Of a DNA stretch of 64,000 bases, positions 1-9,726 are shown one piece after another. The position numbers and the translations under genes are program-made. The stretch lies in the NCBI GenBank assembly GCA_965215365.1, contig CBDCDS010000003.1:384001-448000 (forward strand), read 5' to 3'. Position 1 is the stretch's first letter. Each line of letters begins with the position of its first letter. The notes under the pieces are model-generated. The model was not told the origin of the DNA, made no database searches, and worked only from the letters and a program-made list of their open reading frames with translations. The DNA comes from Gammaproteobacteria bacterium. Lineage in GTDB: Bacteria; Pseudomonadota; Gammaproteobacteria; Eutrophobiales; Eutrophobiaceae.

Positions 1-197
1 ACCCTCCTGTTACGGGCTAGTACTCTTTCAACCTGAGATTGCCATGCTCAGAGCCACAAATCAGACGGAGAGATCGTTTTCAACGTACTCAAACACCTCG
101 TTGCTTTATCTGACCGCGTTTAATTCTGACCGGGGATGAATATACATGACTCGAACTGTCGATGCCACCATTGCGGTGGACAGGGGGTAAGCGCGGC

Positions 198-229
198 GCG
201 GAACAACAGGTTAAAGAATAAAGTTGCCA
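198..229 (+). repeat. Left copy of an imperfect direct repeat (16 bp exact core GCGGAACAACAGGTTA), corresponding to the 5' end of an SDR gene
   Basis: 198-213 is identical to 868-883; translates RNNRLKNKVA versus RNNRLHGKVT in the right copy. Confidence 0.8.
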
Positions 230-311
230 AGGGTTTTGACCACACTTTGAGGCACGGCCCCAGAAGCAAAAACAGTTGACAAAAGGCATACAGTATGCGA
301 CGGTCAGCGCC

Positions 312-581
312 ATGGATAATTTTGACTGGGACGATGAGAAAAACAGACTGCTTGAAAGAACCCGTGGCGTGAGTTTCGAAGAGGTTGTCTTCCATATACA
401 GAATGGCGATATCCTTGACATCGTACCACACCCCAATCCATCACGTTATCCGCAGCAACGGATCATCGTTCTTAATGTGGAAGGCTATGCATACCTGATT
501 CCGTTTGTGGAACAAGAGCAAAAGTGGTTTTTGAAGACGATTATCCCGAGTAGAAAGGCAACCAAGGAGTATCTCACATGA
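312..581 (+). CDS. brnT: BrnT-family (DUF497) toxin
   Basis: N-terminus FDWDDEKN...RGVSFEE, C-terminus FLKTIIPSRKATKEY; ATGA overlap with the next gene. Confidence 0.85.
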   Translation: MDNFDWDDEKNRLLERTRGVSFEEVVFHIQNGDILDIVPHPNPSRYPQQRIIVLNVEGYAYLIPFVEQEQKWFLKTIIPSRKATKEYLT

Positions 582-859
582 CCAATCGCCTCGATCTTAA
601 CCAGTATGAAGTAGAAATTCTCCGGAGTTTTGAGCGTGGAGAGTTGTCAGGCATCAAGAATTTCGAGCAAGAGAAGCGTCGTATGGAAGCAGCCGCGCGC
701 GGATTTTTCAAGAAGGATCAACGTATCAATATCAGGATTTCTTCCCGTGATCTGGAAAACCTGCAAAAGCAAGCGGCAGCGGAAGGTCTGCCTTATCAGA
801 CGCTCATATCGAGCACACTTCACAAATTCGTTACCGGTAAGTTGAAACCGGCCAATTAA
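578..859 (+). CDS. CopG/BrnA-like ribbon-helix-helix antitoxin
   Basis: KDQRINIRIS..DL..L...A..EGLPYQTLISSTLH motif; coupled to the toxin gene. Confidence 0.85.
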   Translation: MTNRLDLNQYEVEILRSFERGELSGIKNFEQEKRRMEAAARGFFKKDQRINIRISSRDLENLQKQAAAEGLPYQTLISSTLHKFVTGKLKPAN

Positions 860-865
860 CTCGCC

Positions 866-1505
<640 letters not shown>

Positions 1506-1510
1506 ACGAC

Positions 1511-2017
1511 ATGGCCGAAACTGAATGTGAAACCCTGCTCCGGCAGCTCGCTAGTCAACTGACACAACAGCAAAAAATGCTGACTACGGCCGAGTCCTGC
1601 ACCGGCGGCGGTGTGGCCTGTACGCTCACGGCCATGCCGGGCAGTTCGGTCTGGTTCGAGCGCGGGTTTGTCACCTACTCCGACCTGGCCAAGCAGGAAC
1701 AGTTGGGCGTTACCGCGGAGCTGCTCGCCCGCTTCGGGGCCGTCAGCGAGCAGGTGGCCGCGGCCATGGCGTTGGGCGCGTTACAGCACAGCCGGGCTGA
1801 TTTCAGCGTGGCGACTACCGGCATCGCCGGGCCGGATGGAGGCACGCCGGCCAAACCGGTCGGCACCGTCTGTTTCGGCTGGGCGCGGCGCGGCGCCGCG
1901 GCCAGGACGGCGCGCAGGGCATTCAACGGAGACCGGCAACAGGTCAGGGAACGCTCCATACTGACAGCCTTGCAAGGGGTTGTGGACCTGATGGAGCCCG
2001 CCGCAATAAGATGGTAG
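1511..2017 (+). CDS. pncC: CinA C-terminal domain protein / NMN amidohydrolase
   Basis: TAESCTGG, GSSVWFERGFVTYS, GAVSE and TGIAGPDGG motifs. Confidence 0.92.
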   Translation: MAETECETLLRQLASQLTQQQKMLTTAESCTGGGVACTLTAMPGSSVWFERGFVTYSDLAKQEQLGVTAELLARFGAVSEQVAAAMALGALQHSRADFSVATTGIAGPDGGTPAKPVGTVCFGWARRGAAARTARRAFNGDRQQVRERSILTALQGVVDLMEPAAIRW

Positions 2018-2082
2018 AAGCTACCACGATTCTCAGCATTTTTTTGCTTGCATAACCCGCCTCATCCTTGTACAGTGCCATT

Positions 2083-2565
2083 ATGAGCCAAGCCATTGCA
2101 TTTGATACCCACCGCTTTATCAAGCGCCTGACGCAGACCGGGTTCACCGAGGCGCAAGCCGAGGCGTTGGCGGACGAGCAGGTGACCTTACTGAACAGCA
2201 ACCTGGCCACTAAGGAAAATCTGCTGAGACTCGAGGGAGTCCAAAAGGAGCAACTAGCCAAACTCGAGAGAGTCCAAAAGGAGCAACTAGCCAAACTCGA
2301 GGGCAAACTGCAGCAGCAGATGACCGAGCTCAAGAGCGACCTGGAGCGGCAGATGACCAAACTCGAGGGCAAACTGCAGCAGCAGATGACCGAGCTCGAG
2401 GGCAACTTGGATCGGAAGTTGACCAAAGTCAAGACCGACCTGGAGCGGCAGTTGACCGAGCTCAAGGCTGACTTGCTGAAATGGATGATCGGCGCGTTGA
2501 TTGCGCAGACCGGATTGCTCGCAGGACTGCTGTTGGGTTTTATGAAGCTGTTTGCGGGGGTGTAA
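2083..2565 (+). CDS. DUF1640/CCDC90-like membrane-anchored coiled-coil protein
   Basis: FDTHRFIKRL..GFTEAQAEAL head, LATK neck, 11-residue tandem repeats, KADLLKWM followed by a C-terminal TM helix. Confidence 0.85.
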   Translation: MSQAIAFDTHRFIKRLTQTGFTEAQAEALADEQVTLLNSNLATKENLLRLEGVQKEQLAKLERVQKEQLAKLEGKLQQQMTELKSDLERQMTKLEGKLQQQMTELEGNLDRKLTKVKTDLERQLTELKADLLKWMIGALIAQTGLLAGLLLGFMKLFAGV

Positions 2566-2657
2566 CCGGGTGCTGAACAAACCTGTTAGTGATGCCGGGA
2601 CCTGCCTCTAAGCCAGGGGTGTCCTGAGTCGCCACCCGACAGGCCACTTTTTCTTCC

Positions 2658-2766
2658 TATCTCACTGTGAAAAAAATTACCAAAAAAGCCAAAAACTGCT
2701 TGACAGGACTTATGAAAATCGCTACATCGTATTTTTATTGACATCTGCTCCAACGACAAGTAGCAT
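2658..2766 (+). promoter_or_regulatory. A-tract-rich sigma70 promoter region; 2658-2705 is near-duplicated at 3237-3282
   Basis: A-tracts then TTGACA (2700); second TTGACA (2738)-17 bp-TAGCAT (2761). Confidence 0.7.
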
Positions 2767-2802
2767 GACCTTGCCTCCACTTGAAGCAGAGGGAATACAA
2801 CC

Positions 2803-3213
2803 ATGAACGCCATTATCAGCATGCTGTTCGACCGCCTGCCCGACCTCATCAATCTGGCTGTACTTATCATTGTCTGCGTTCTGTTCACCCGCATCGGCGA
2901 CTTAAAGGACAGCATTGACAAACGCTTCGATGATATGAACAAACGCTTCCATGATTTGAAAGAAAGCATCGACAAACGCTTCCATGATTTGAAAGAAAGC
3001 ATCGACAAACGCTTCGATGGTGTAAACAAGCGTATCGATGACGTAAACAAGCGTATCGATGACGTAAACAAGCGTATCGATGATCAGAAAGATAACATCA
3101 ACGCACTGGGTCAAAGGGTGGATACTTTGAGCCAAAAAGTAGATACTCTGTCGGGTCAGGTGCATCGGATTGAAGGGCATTTGGGTCTGCCTAGCACCGG
3201 TACGGACGGTTGA
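2803..3213 (+). CDS. Small coiled-coil protein with N-terminal TM helix and 7/11-residue repeats
   Basis: Hydrophobic LAVLIIVCVLF, then IDKRFHDLKES and VNKRIDD tandem repeats (33 and 21 bp units); RBS GAGGG. Confidence 0.8.
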   Translation: MNAIISMLFDRLPDLINLAVLIIVCVLFTRIGDLKDSIDKRFDDMNKRFHDLKESIDKRFHDLKESIDKRFDGVNKRIDDVNKRIDDVNKRIDDQKDNINALGQRVDTLSQKVDTLSGQVHRIEGHLGLPSTGTDG

Positions 3214-3236
3214 AACAGCAGGCAAACTCTTATTTT

Positions 3237-3305
3237 TATCTCACTGAAAAAAATACCAAAAAAGCCAAAAAACTGCTTGACAAACGCTGAGGAAATCGAC
3301 ATAAT
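3237..3305 (+). promoter_or_regulatory. sigma70 promoter of the giant adhesin
   Basis: A-tracts, TTGACA (3277-3282), 17 bp spacer, CATAAT (3300-3305). Confidence 0.8.
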
Positions 3306-3308
3306 GTT

Positions 3309-3392
3309 GACCGCAGACCGCAGACCGCAGACCGCAGACCGCAGACCGCAGACCGCAGACCGCAGACCGCAGACCGCAGACCGCAGACCGCA
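3309..3392 (+). repeat. Perfect heptanucleotide tandem repeat (GACCGCA)x12
   Basis: 84 bp of exact 7-mer repeat read directly from the sequence. Confidence 0.97.
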
Positions 3393-3393
3393 G

Positions 3394-6300
3394 ATGCCAC
3401 GGTCGCGCGTAAGCCCGTCGGCGGTATGGCGTTACCTCTCCCCGCGTAAGCCCGCCCCGCGCCGCCGTTCAGCCTGGCGCACCCTCACCGCCGCGCTGCT
3501 CGCCCTGCCGCTGCTGGTCGGCCTCGCGCCGTCCGCCCAGGCGCAGACGCTGGTCAGCAACACGGCGCAGACGGTCTCAGGCGGAGGCTCGCCGAACGAA
3601 CGCGCCTCGTCCTTCACCACCGGTTCCAACGCCTACGGCTACACGCTCTTGGCGGTAGACATAGGAGTGGGCTCCAACGCCAACCGCACGCTGTCTGTCG
3701 CCATCCGCGAGAACAGTTCTTCAAGACCGGGCGACCTGGTGGCGAGGCTCACCAATCCGTCGAGCGTAACAGCCAACGCCCTGAACATCTTCGCCGCCCC
3801 CGCCAACACCACGCTCGCGGCGAACACGACCTACTGGTTGGTGTTCAATGACGGCAGGAGGGCAAATGTTTCGGCCCAAAATGCGGGTATGCAAGTCACC
3901 AGTTCTAATCAACAGAATGGGGCTACCGGATGGTCGATTGGCGATGAGTCTCGCGTAACCGGTTCTGGTCAACCTTTTGCCATAGGCAGCGGCATTCACA
4001 TCCGCTTCGCCGTCAAGGGCGCCCCCAACGGCCCCGCCGCGCCGACCGGCCTCACCGCGACGCCGGGCCCGGGCAGCGGCCAGGTGACGCTGCGCTGGAC
4101 GGCCTCGGGCGACAGCCGCATCACCTCGTACCAGTACGACAACTGGCGCGGCACCCCCGGCAACTGGGGCGGCTGGCGCAACTTCAGCCCCGGGGCCGGC
4201 CCCGGCGCCACCGGCGGCCGCATCTCCGGCCTGGTCAACGGCGACCAGTACGGCTTCCGCGTCCGCGCCCGCGCCGGGGCGCTGCAAGGCGCCGCCTCGG
4301 ACGCCGCCACCGCCACGCCGGCCGCCAACCCGCCGCCGGCCAAGCCGACCGGCCTCACGGCGACGCCGGGCGACGGCCAGGTCATGCTGAGCTGGGACAA
4401 CCCCCGCGACAGCAGAATCTCCCTGTACCAGGTCCGGCAGCGGGCAAGCGGCGGCAGCTGGGGGGGCTGGGTGGCCATCGGCACCAGTGACGCGAACACC
4501 ACTAGGCTAACGAGGGGCGGCCTGACCAACGGCACCGCCTACGACTTCCAGATCCGCGCCCGCGCCGGGACGCGGTTCAGCCCCGACTCGGACACCGTGT
4601 CCGCCACGCCGCAGGGGACGCCGGTGGCGCAGTTCAGATTCGCCTCGGCATCGACTCCCGAGGAAAACACTCTGGGCCGCATTTTCTTCGATATCGCCCC
4701 GGCCCCGTCGGCGGCGATCACGCTGGCCTACACGGTGACCGGCACCGCGACCCGGGGGTCGGGCGGGGACTTCGCGCTGCCGGACAGCGACAGCGTGGCC
4801 GTGCCCCCGGGCAGGGGCGCGGTGTTTATCCAAATCGTCTTGCTCGAGGACGCCCTGCGCGAGCCCGACGAGACGGTCATCCTGACCCTGGCCGACGGCG
4901 CCGGCTACGACCTCGGCGGCCGGACCACGTACACGCTGACCATCGAGGACGACGACCCGCCGCTGGCGCCCGCCGGCTTCGCCGCCGCGGCGGGCGACGG
5001 CCAAGTGGTCCTGAGCTGGACCGACCCGTCCGACGCCGCGATCAGCGGCTACCAGTTCCGCCAGCGCACCCCGCCGGACACCGGCAGCTGGGGAACCTGG
5101 ACGGCCATCGCCAGCAGCACCGCCACCACCACCACGCACACGGTCACGGGCCTGACCAACGGCACGGCCTACGGCTTCCAGGTGCGCGCCGTGGACGGGA
5201 CGCTGAACGGCGCGGCCTCGGCCGAGGCGACCGCGACGCCCAACCCCCCACCGGCCGCCCCCACCGGCCTCACCGCCACGGCGCAACCCCGGAGTGTCCG
5301 GCTGAGCTGGACTAACCCGAACAACGCCGCCATCACCGGCTGGCAGTACCGCCAGGGGACGGGCGATCCCGTCAGCTGGGGCAGCTGGACGAACTTCTCG
5401 GGACCCTTTATCGGGACCACTATCGAACGCGACATCGCCGGACTCACGAGCGGCACCGAGTACAGCTTCCAGGTCCGCGCCCTGGCCGGGACGGTGCAAG
5501 GCACCGCCTCGGACACGGTGTCCGCGACGCCGTTGGCGCCGGCGCCGCCGCCCGCCAAGCCCGCCGGCCTCACCGCCACGGCGGGCAGCGGCCAGGTCAC
5601 GCTCAACTGGACGGATCCGAGCAACGCCGCCATCACCGCTTGGCAGTTCCGCCGGCGCACCCCGCCGGGCGGCGGCAGCTGGGGCGACTGGATACCCATC
5701 ACCCCCAGCACCGCCACCACCACCACCCACACGGTGACCGGCCTGACCAACGGCACCGCCTACGAATTCCAGGTCCGCGCCCTGGCCGGGCTGAGGCGAG
5801 GCCCCGCCTCGGACGCCGTGTCCGCCACGCCGCAGGCGCCGCGGCCCGCCAAATTCAACGTCAACGCCGTAGTGACCGGCAATCAAATCACGCTGTTTTG
5901 GACCACGTCCGGCAGCGCCATCACCGGGTTTCAGCTCCGCCGGGGGACGGGCCCGTCGGACGCCGTGGCCTGGGGCATGTGGACGAACATCAGCGGCGGC
6001 GGCGCTGTCCGGAGGCAGAACATCACGGGCTTGGACTGGGCCACGACGTACCACTTCGAGGTGCGCGCGGTGGCGGGGACGGTGCTCGGGGTGGCGTCGG
6101 ACACCGTGAGCGCCACCACGGCACCGGCGCGCCCGTCCGGCCTTGCGGCCGCGGCGGGCGACGGGCGGGTCGTTTTGAGCTGGGCCGCCCCATCCGGCAC
6201 CCTCACCGGATATGAATACCGGTACAGGGCCACCGGCAACAACTGGGGCAGCTGGACTGCCATCCCCAACAGTGCCGCCCTCACCACCTACACGGTCACG

Positions 6301-9300
6301 GGCCTGACCAACGGCACGGAGTACAGCTTCCAGCTGCGCGCCCGCAGCGGCAGCGGCGACCGGCAGGTAAGCGCTGTGTCGGTCACGGTGTCCGCCACGC
6401 CGGCCGCCACCGCCACCGGCCTGGTGCTCAATCCGACCGCTCTGACGGTGACCGAAGGCGAGAGCGCCACCTACACCGTGGCGCTGACCACGCAGCCCAC
6501 CGGGAGCGTGACGGTCACGGTCTCAGGCGCCAGCGGCGAGGTGACGGTCGATACCAATAGCACAGCGGCCGGCAACCAGTCCACGCTGACCTTCACGACG
6601 ACCAACTGGAGTACCGCGCAAACCGTCACCGTGGCGGCCGATGAGGACGCCGACACAGACAACGACAGTGCCACCCTCACCCACAGCGCCAGCGGCGGCG
6701 GCTATGGCAGTGTCACCGCCACGGTGGCCGTCACCGTCACTGATAATGACACCCCGCCGGCCAAGCCCGCCGGCTTCACCGCCACGCCCGGCCATACCCG
6801 GGTGACTCTGTCATGGACGAACCCCAACAACGCCGTCATCACCGGCTGGGAGTACTGGCACCTCGGTGACTGGCGCCCCATCCCCAACAGCGATGCCGAC
6901 ACGGTCGGTTATGTGGTGACCGGTCTGAGCAACAATGTGGCTTATACCTTCCGGGTGCGGGCGCTGGCAGGCTCAACTAAGGGGACACCCTCAGACCCGC
7001 AGCGGGTCACGCCCATGGCGCCGCCGCTGCAGCTGTCGGTCGACTCACTGACGCTGGCAGAAGGCGGGCAGAGCACCTACACGGTGGCGCTAGGTTCCCA
7101 GCCCCCCGCTGGCATCGGCGGGACCGTTGTTGCCATCACCTCGGACAATCCCGACGTGACCGTCTCCCCGGCGGCGCTCGACTTCACTCGCACCAACTGG
7201 AACGCGCCGCAGACGGTCACCGTCACGGCTGCCCAAGACGAGGACACCGCGAACGACCGCGCCACGCTCACCCACACGCCAACCGGGGGGCGCCAAGAGG
7301 GCAGCGGCGTGACGCTGGCCGTGACCGTCACGGAGACCGGAGCCGTCCCGCCCCCCGCCACACCCAACACCCCGGCTACGCCCCCCGCCACACCCAACAC
7401 GCCCACCACACCTACGACGCCGGCTACGCCCCCTGCCAACAACAATAACAACAACAACAATAACAACAACAATAACAACAACAACAACAACAACAATAAC
7501 GGCAGCGGCAGCAGCAGTGGCGGCGGCGGCAGCCCCAGCCCGGCACCGGCCGCACCCGGCACGGCGGCGGTGACCATCACCCCGCCCGGCGCACTGCGCG
7601 TGGCGGTGGCGGACGCTGTGGCCACGCCGGATACCGATGCGCACCGTGTCAGCTATCAGCTCAGACTGTCGCGCCGCCCTGCCGGTACGGTGCTCATCAC
7701 GCCGGTGAGCTCAGATTCGACCATCGCCACGGTCAGCGCGCCGCTGCAAATCACTCCGGCCAACTGGACCGCACCGCACCTCGTGACCGTGACCGGCGTG
7801 CGCGCCGGGCGGGTGGGCATTACTCACCGCCTGCGCGGCGGCGGCTATGACGGCGTCCCCATCCCGGAGGTGACGGTCATCGTCGGCGATGGCGGTGCTG
7901 ACCCGCGCAAACGCCGACCGGCGGCGAGCGCGCCGGCGGCTGAGACCGATTCGGCGCCGGGCGCCGACTCCGAGCCCGCCCCGGCCGCGGCCACTGAGAC
8001 ACCCCCTGAGGCGGGCGCTGACGCCACCCCGGCGGCGATCGAAACCACGCCTGCGACCGCCGCTGAGGCCGGCGCCGACACCACCCCGGCAGCGGATACG
8101 ACACCAGCTGCGACCGCCGCCGTCACCCCGGACGCAGCTGCGACCCCGGCGACTGCTGCTGAGGCCGCGCCCGCGCCAACACCTGAGACGACCGCCGAGC
8201 CGGTCGCCCCGGCGCCACTGCCGAGCGGGGCGTTAGCAGCGCTGGCGCGCAGTCACTTAAATGGCGCGCGCGCCGTGCTGGGCGCGCGTTCAGACGCCGA
8301 GGCGCACGCCCGCGACCACCTCACCTTAGCCGGGCGCACCTTGTCGTGGGAGGCACTGTGGGGTGCTGACGGCGCTGGTGCTCTCGGTCATGCGGTCGAC
8401 CCGATAGCACTGAGCCCGGCACTGGCCCACGCGCGCCCCTGGGTTGATGCCACCGGGCGCTGTGCCTCCTGGACCACGGCCGCCTGCGGCATGGACTTAA
8501 GCGCACAGGGCAGTGCCACGAATACCGGCGGTGCGGGTCTGTGGGAGACGCTGACCTACCAGTTGCTGAGCGGGCAGTTACGCGCCGGCGGGTTAGACCG
8601 TGCCTTATGGCAGGACAGTGGCTTTGCCCTGACTTTAAGCCGGCCGGATGAGGACGGTGCCGGCGCCGGGCGCCGTTGGACGCTGTGGGGGCAAGGTCAC
8701 GTCCACGCGGTCGCCGCCCTGCCGGCGCACTCCGGCTTAAATACCGAGCTGCGCACCGCCTGGCTGGGCTTAGACACCCCTATCGGTGACAGCGCCCGAC
8801 TGGGTCTGGCCTTATCACGGCAACAAGACCCCAACGGGTTGACCGCCGTGCATCCGTACCTGTCCTGGTCTCACGGTGCCACCCGCATCAGCGCGCTGGG
8901 CGGCTTCGGGCGCAGCACCGGGTATGATAGCCCGAGCCCGGGCGCAGCACCGGCGCCGGCACAAGACGGTAGCATAGTGCCGGATTCCTACCCGCTGGGG
9001 CTGACTATGGGCGTCGTGGAAGTGGCACACCCGTTAGGTCACTTCGCCGGCATGACCTTAGCTGCGCGCGCCGATTCGTCCTGGGCGCGCTTAGCGCGCT
9101 TAGACGATGCCGGCCACACCTTGCAAGTCGAGACGGTGCGCACCGTGCGTATCGGGCTGGCCGGCGGTGGGCAGTTGCCATCCTGGTCGGCGCACCCCGA
9201 GCTCACCTTAAGCCCGTCATTGGCACTGCACGGGCGCACCGACACCGGCACCGGGCAGTCCGGGCAGGCGTTGGAGCTCGCCGGCGGACTGGACAGTACC

Positions 9301-9726
9301 CACGGTCTGTGGCAGCTGACGGTCAAGGGGCGCCTGCTGGCCATGCCGGGCGCGACCGGCTATCGCGAACGGGGGTTGCGCTTAGCGGTATCCCGGCGCA
9401 CCCCCGGCCCGGCGGGCACGAGCTTCAGTGTCGAGTCCCGCTGGGGCGATGATGCCGGTGCCACCGATACGCTGTGGGCCGAGCGTCTGCACGAGCGGCG
9501 CGCCCTGAGCACCCGCCCCACCTGGGCGCTGGAAGTGCGCGCCGGGCACGGCTGGCACTTGCCCGGCGGCGCTCAGCTGCGCGGTGCGCTCAGCTTAGGA
9601 CACGCCGGGCGCGGCGCCGATGCCCTGCTGACCTTGCAACTGAGCCCCGGCGCAGCGCCACCGCCCCCAATCTCCGAGCGCCCCGCCGGGGCGCCGGCAC
9701 CCACCGCAGCAGGAGGCAGGCTATGA
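3394..9726 (+). CDS. Giant surface adhesin: signal peptide, N-terminal beta domain (choice-of-anchor-R-like), about 8 fibronectin type III repeats, Calx-beta/Ig-like domains, low-complexity linkers, autotransporter-like C-terminus
   Basis: LLALPLLVGLAPSAQA signal; repeated PTGLTAT...V.LSW...Y.F.VRA FN3 motifs; EPDETVILTL Calx-beta motif; WTLWGQG and amphipathic beta strands near the C-terminus. Start could also be the in-frame ATG at 3304. Confidence 0.85.
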   Translation: MPRSRVSPSAVWRYLSPRKPAPRRRSAWRTLTAALLALPLLVGLAPSAQAQTLVSNTAQTVSGGGSPNERASSFTTGSNAYGYTLLAVDIGVGSNANRTLSVAIRENSSSRPGDLVARLTNPSSVTANALNIFAAPANTTLAANTTYWLVFNDGRRANVSAQNAGMQVTSSNQQNGATGWSIGDESRVTGSGQPFAIGSGIHIRFAVKGAPNGPAAPTGLTATPGPGSGQVTLRWTASGDSRITSYQYDNWRGTPGNWGGWRNFSPGAGPGATGGRISGLVNGDQYGFRVRARAGALQGAASDAATATPAANPPPAKPTGLTATPGDGQVMLSWDNPRDSRISLYQVRQRASGGSWGGWVAIGTSDANTTRLTRGGLTNGTAYDFQIRARAGTRFSPDSDTVSATPQGTPVAQFRFASASTPEENTLGRIFFDIAPAPSAAITLAYTVTGTATRGSGGDFALPDSDSVAVPPGRGAVFIQIVLLEDALREPDETVILTLADGAGYDLGGRTTYTLTIEDDDPPLAPAGFAAAAGDGQVVLSWTDPSDAAISGYQFRQRTPPDTGSWGTWTAIASSTATTTTHTVTGLTNGTAYGFQVRAVDGTLNGAASAEATATPNPPPAAPTGLTATAQPRSVRLSWTNPNNAAITGWQYRQGTGDPVSWGSWTNFSGPFIGTTIERDIAGLTSGTEYSFQVRALAGTVQGTASDTVSATPLAPAPPPAKPAGLTATAGSGQVTLNWTDPSNAAITAWQFRRRTPPGGGSWGDWIPITPSTATTTTHTVTGLTNGTAYEFQVRALAGLRRGPASDAVSATPQAPRPAKFNVNAVVTGNQITLFWTTSGSAITGFQLRRGTGPSDAVAWGMWTNISGGGAVRRQNITGLDWATTYHFEVRAVAGTVLGVASDTVSATTAPARPSGLAAAAGDGRVVLSWAAPSGTLTGYEYRYRATGNNWGSWTAIPNSAALTTYTVTGLTNGTEYSFQLRARSGSGDRQVSAVSVTVSATPAATATGLVLNPTALTVTEGESATYTVALTTQPTGSVTVTVSGASGEVTVDTNSTAAGNQSTLTFTTTNWSTAQTVTVAADEDADTDNDSATLTHSASGGGYGSVTATVAVTVTDNDTPPAKPAGFTATPGHTRVTLSWTNPNNAVITGWEYWHLGDWRPIPNSDADTVGYVVTGLSNNVAYTFRVRALAGSTKGTPSDPQRVTPMAPPLQLSVDSLTLAEGGQSTYTVALGSQPPAGIGGTVVAITSDNPDVTVSPAALDFTRTNWNAPQTVTVTAAQDEDTANDRATLTHTPTGGRQEGSGVTLAVTVTETGAVPPPATPNTPATPPATPNTPTTPTTPATPPANNNNNNNNNNNNNNNNNNNNNGSGSSSGGGGSPSPAPAAPGTAAVTITPPGALRVAVADAVATPDTDAHRVSYQLRLSRRPAGTVLITPVSSDSTIATVSAPLQITPANWTAPHLVTVTGVRAGRVGITHRLRGGGYDGVPIPEVTVIVGDGGADPRKRRPAASAPAAETDSAPGADSEPAPAAATETPPEAGADATPAAIETTPATAAEAGADTTPAADTTPAATAAVTPDAAATPATAAEAAPAPTPETTAEPVAPAPLPSGALAALARSHLNGARAVLGARSDAEAHARDHLTLAGRTLSWEALWGADGAGALGHAVDPIALSPALAHARPWVDATGRCASWTTAACGMDLSAQGSATNTGGAGLWETLTYQLLSGQLRAGGLDRALWQDSGFALTLSRPDEDGAGAGRRWTLWGQGHVHAVAALPAHSGLNTELRTAWLGLDTPIGDSARLGLALSRQQDPNGLTAVHPYLSWSHGATRISALGGFGRSTGYDSPSPGAAPAPAQDGSIVPDSYPLGLTMGVVEVAHPLGHFAGMTLAARADSSWARLARLDDAGHTLQVETVRTVRIGLAGGGQLPSWSAHPELTLSPSLALHGRTDTGTGQSGQALELAGGLDSTHGLWQLTVKGRLLAMPGATGYRERGLRLAVSRRTPGPAGTSFSVESRWGDDAGATDTLWAERLHERRALSTRPTWALEVRAGHGWHLPGGAQLRGALSLGHAGRGADALLTLQLSPGAAPPPPISERPAGAPAPTAAGGRL
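7438..7500 (+). repeat. AAC/AAT trinucleotide run encoding 21 consecutive Asn
   Basis: Read directly; flanked by PT-rich and GS-rich linkers. Confidence 0.95.

Noticed and set aside
3277-3303. TTG start of the 2149 aa ORF
   Set aside because: The TTG is the -35 box TTGACA of a well-spaced promoter; ATG 3304 or 3394 is more plausible
3309-3392. CRISPR-like array
   Set aside because: Pure 7-mer tandem repeat with no spacers; no cas genes in the window
4507-6054. 515 aa minus-strand ORF and similar long shadow ORFs across the window
   Set aside because: Antisense or alternate-frame products of GC-rich genes; Arg/Gly-rich with no motifs
9474-9722. N-terminal extension of the RTX ORF
   Set aside because: Overlaps the adhesin in another frame; AGGAGG plus ATG 9723 gives a clean coupled start
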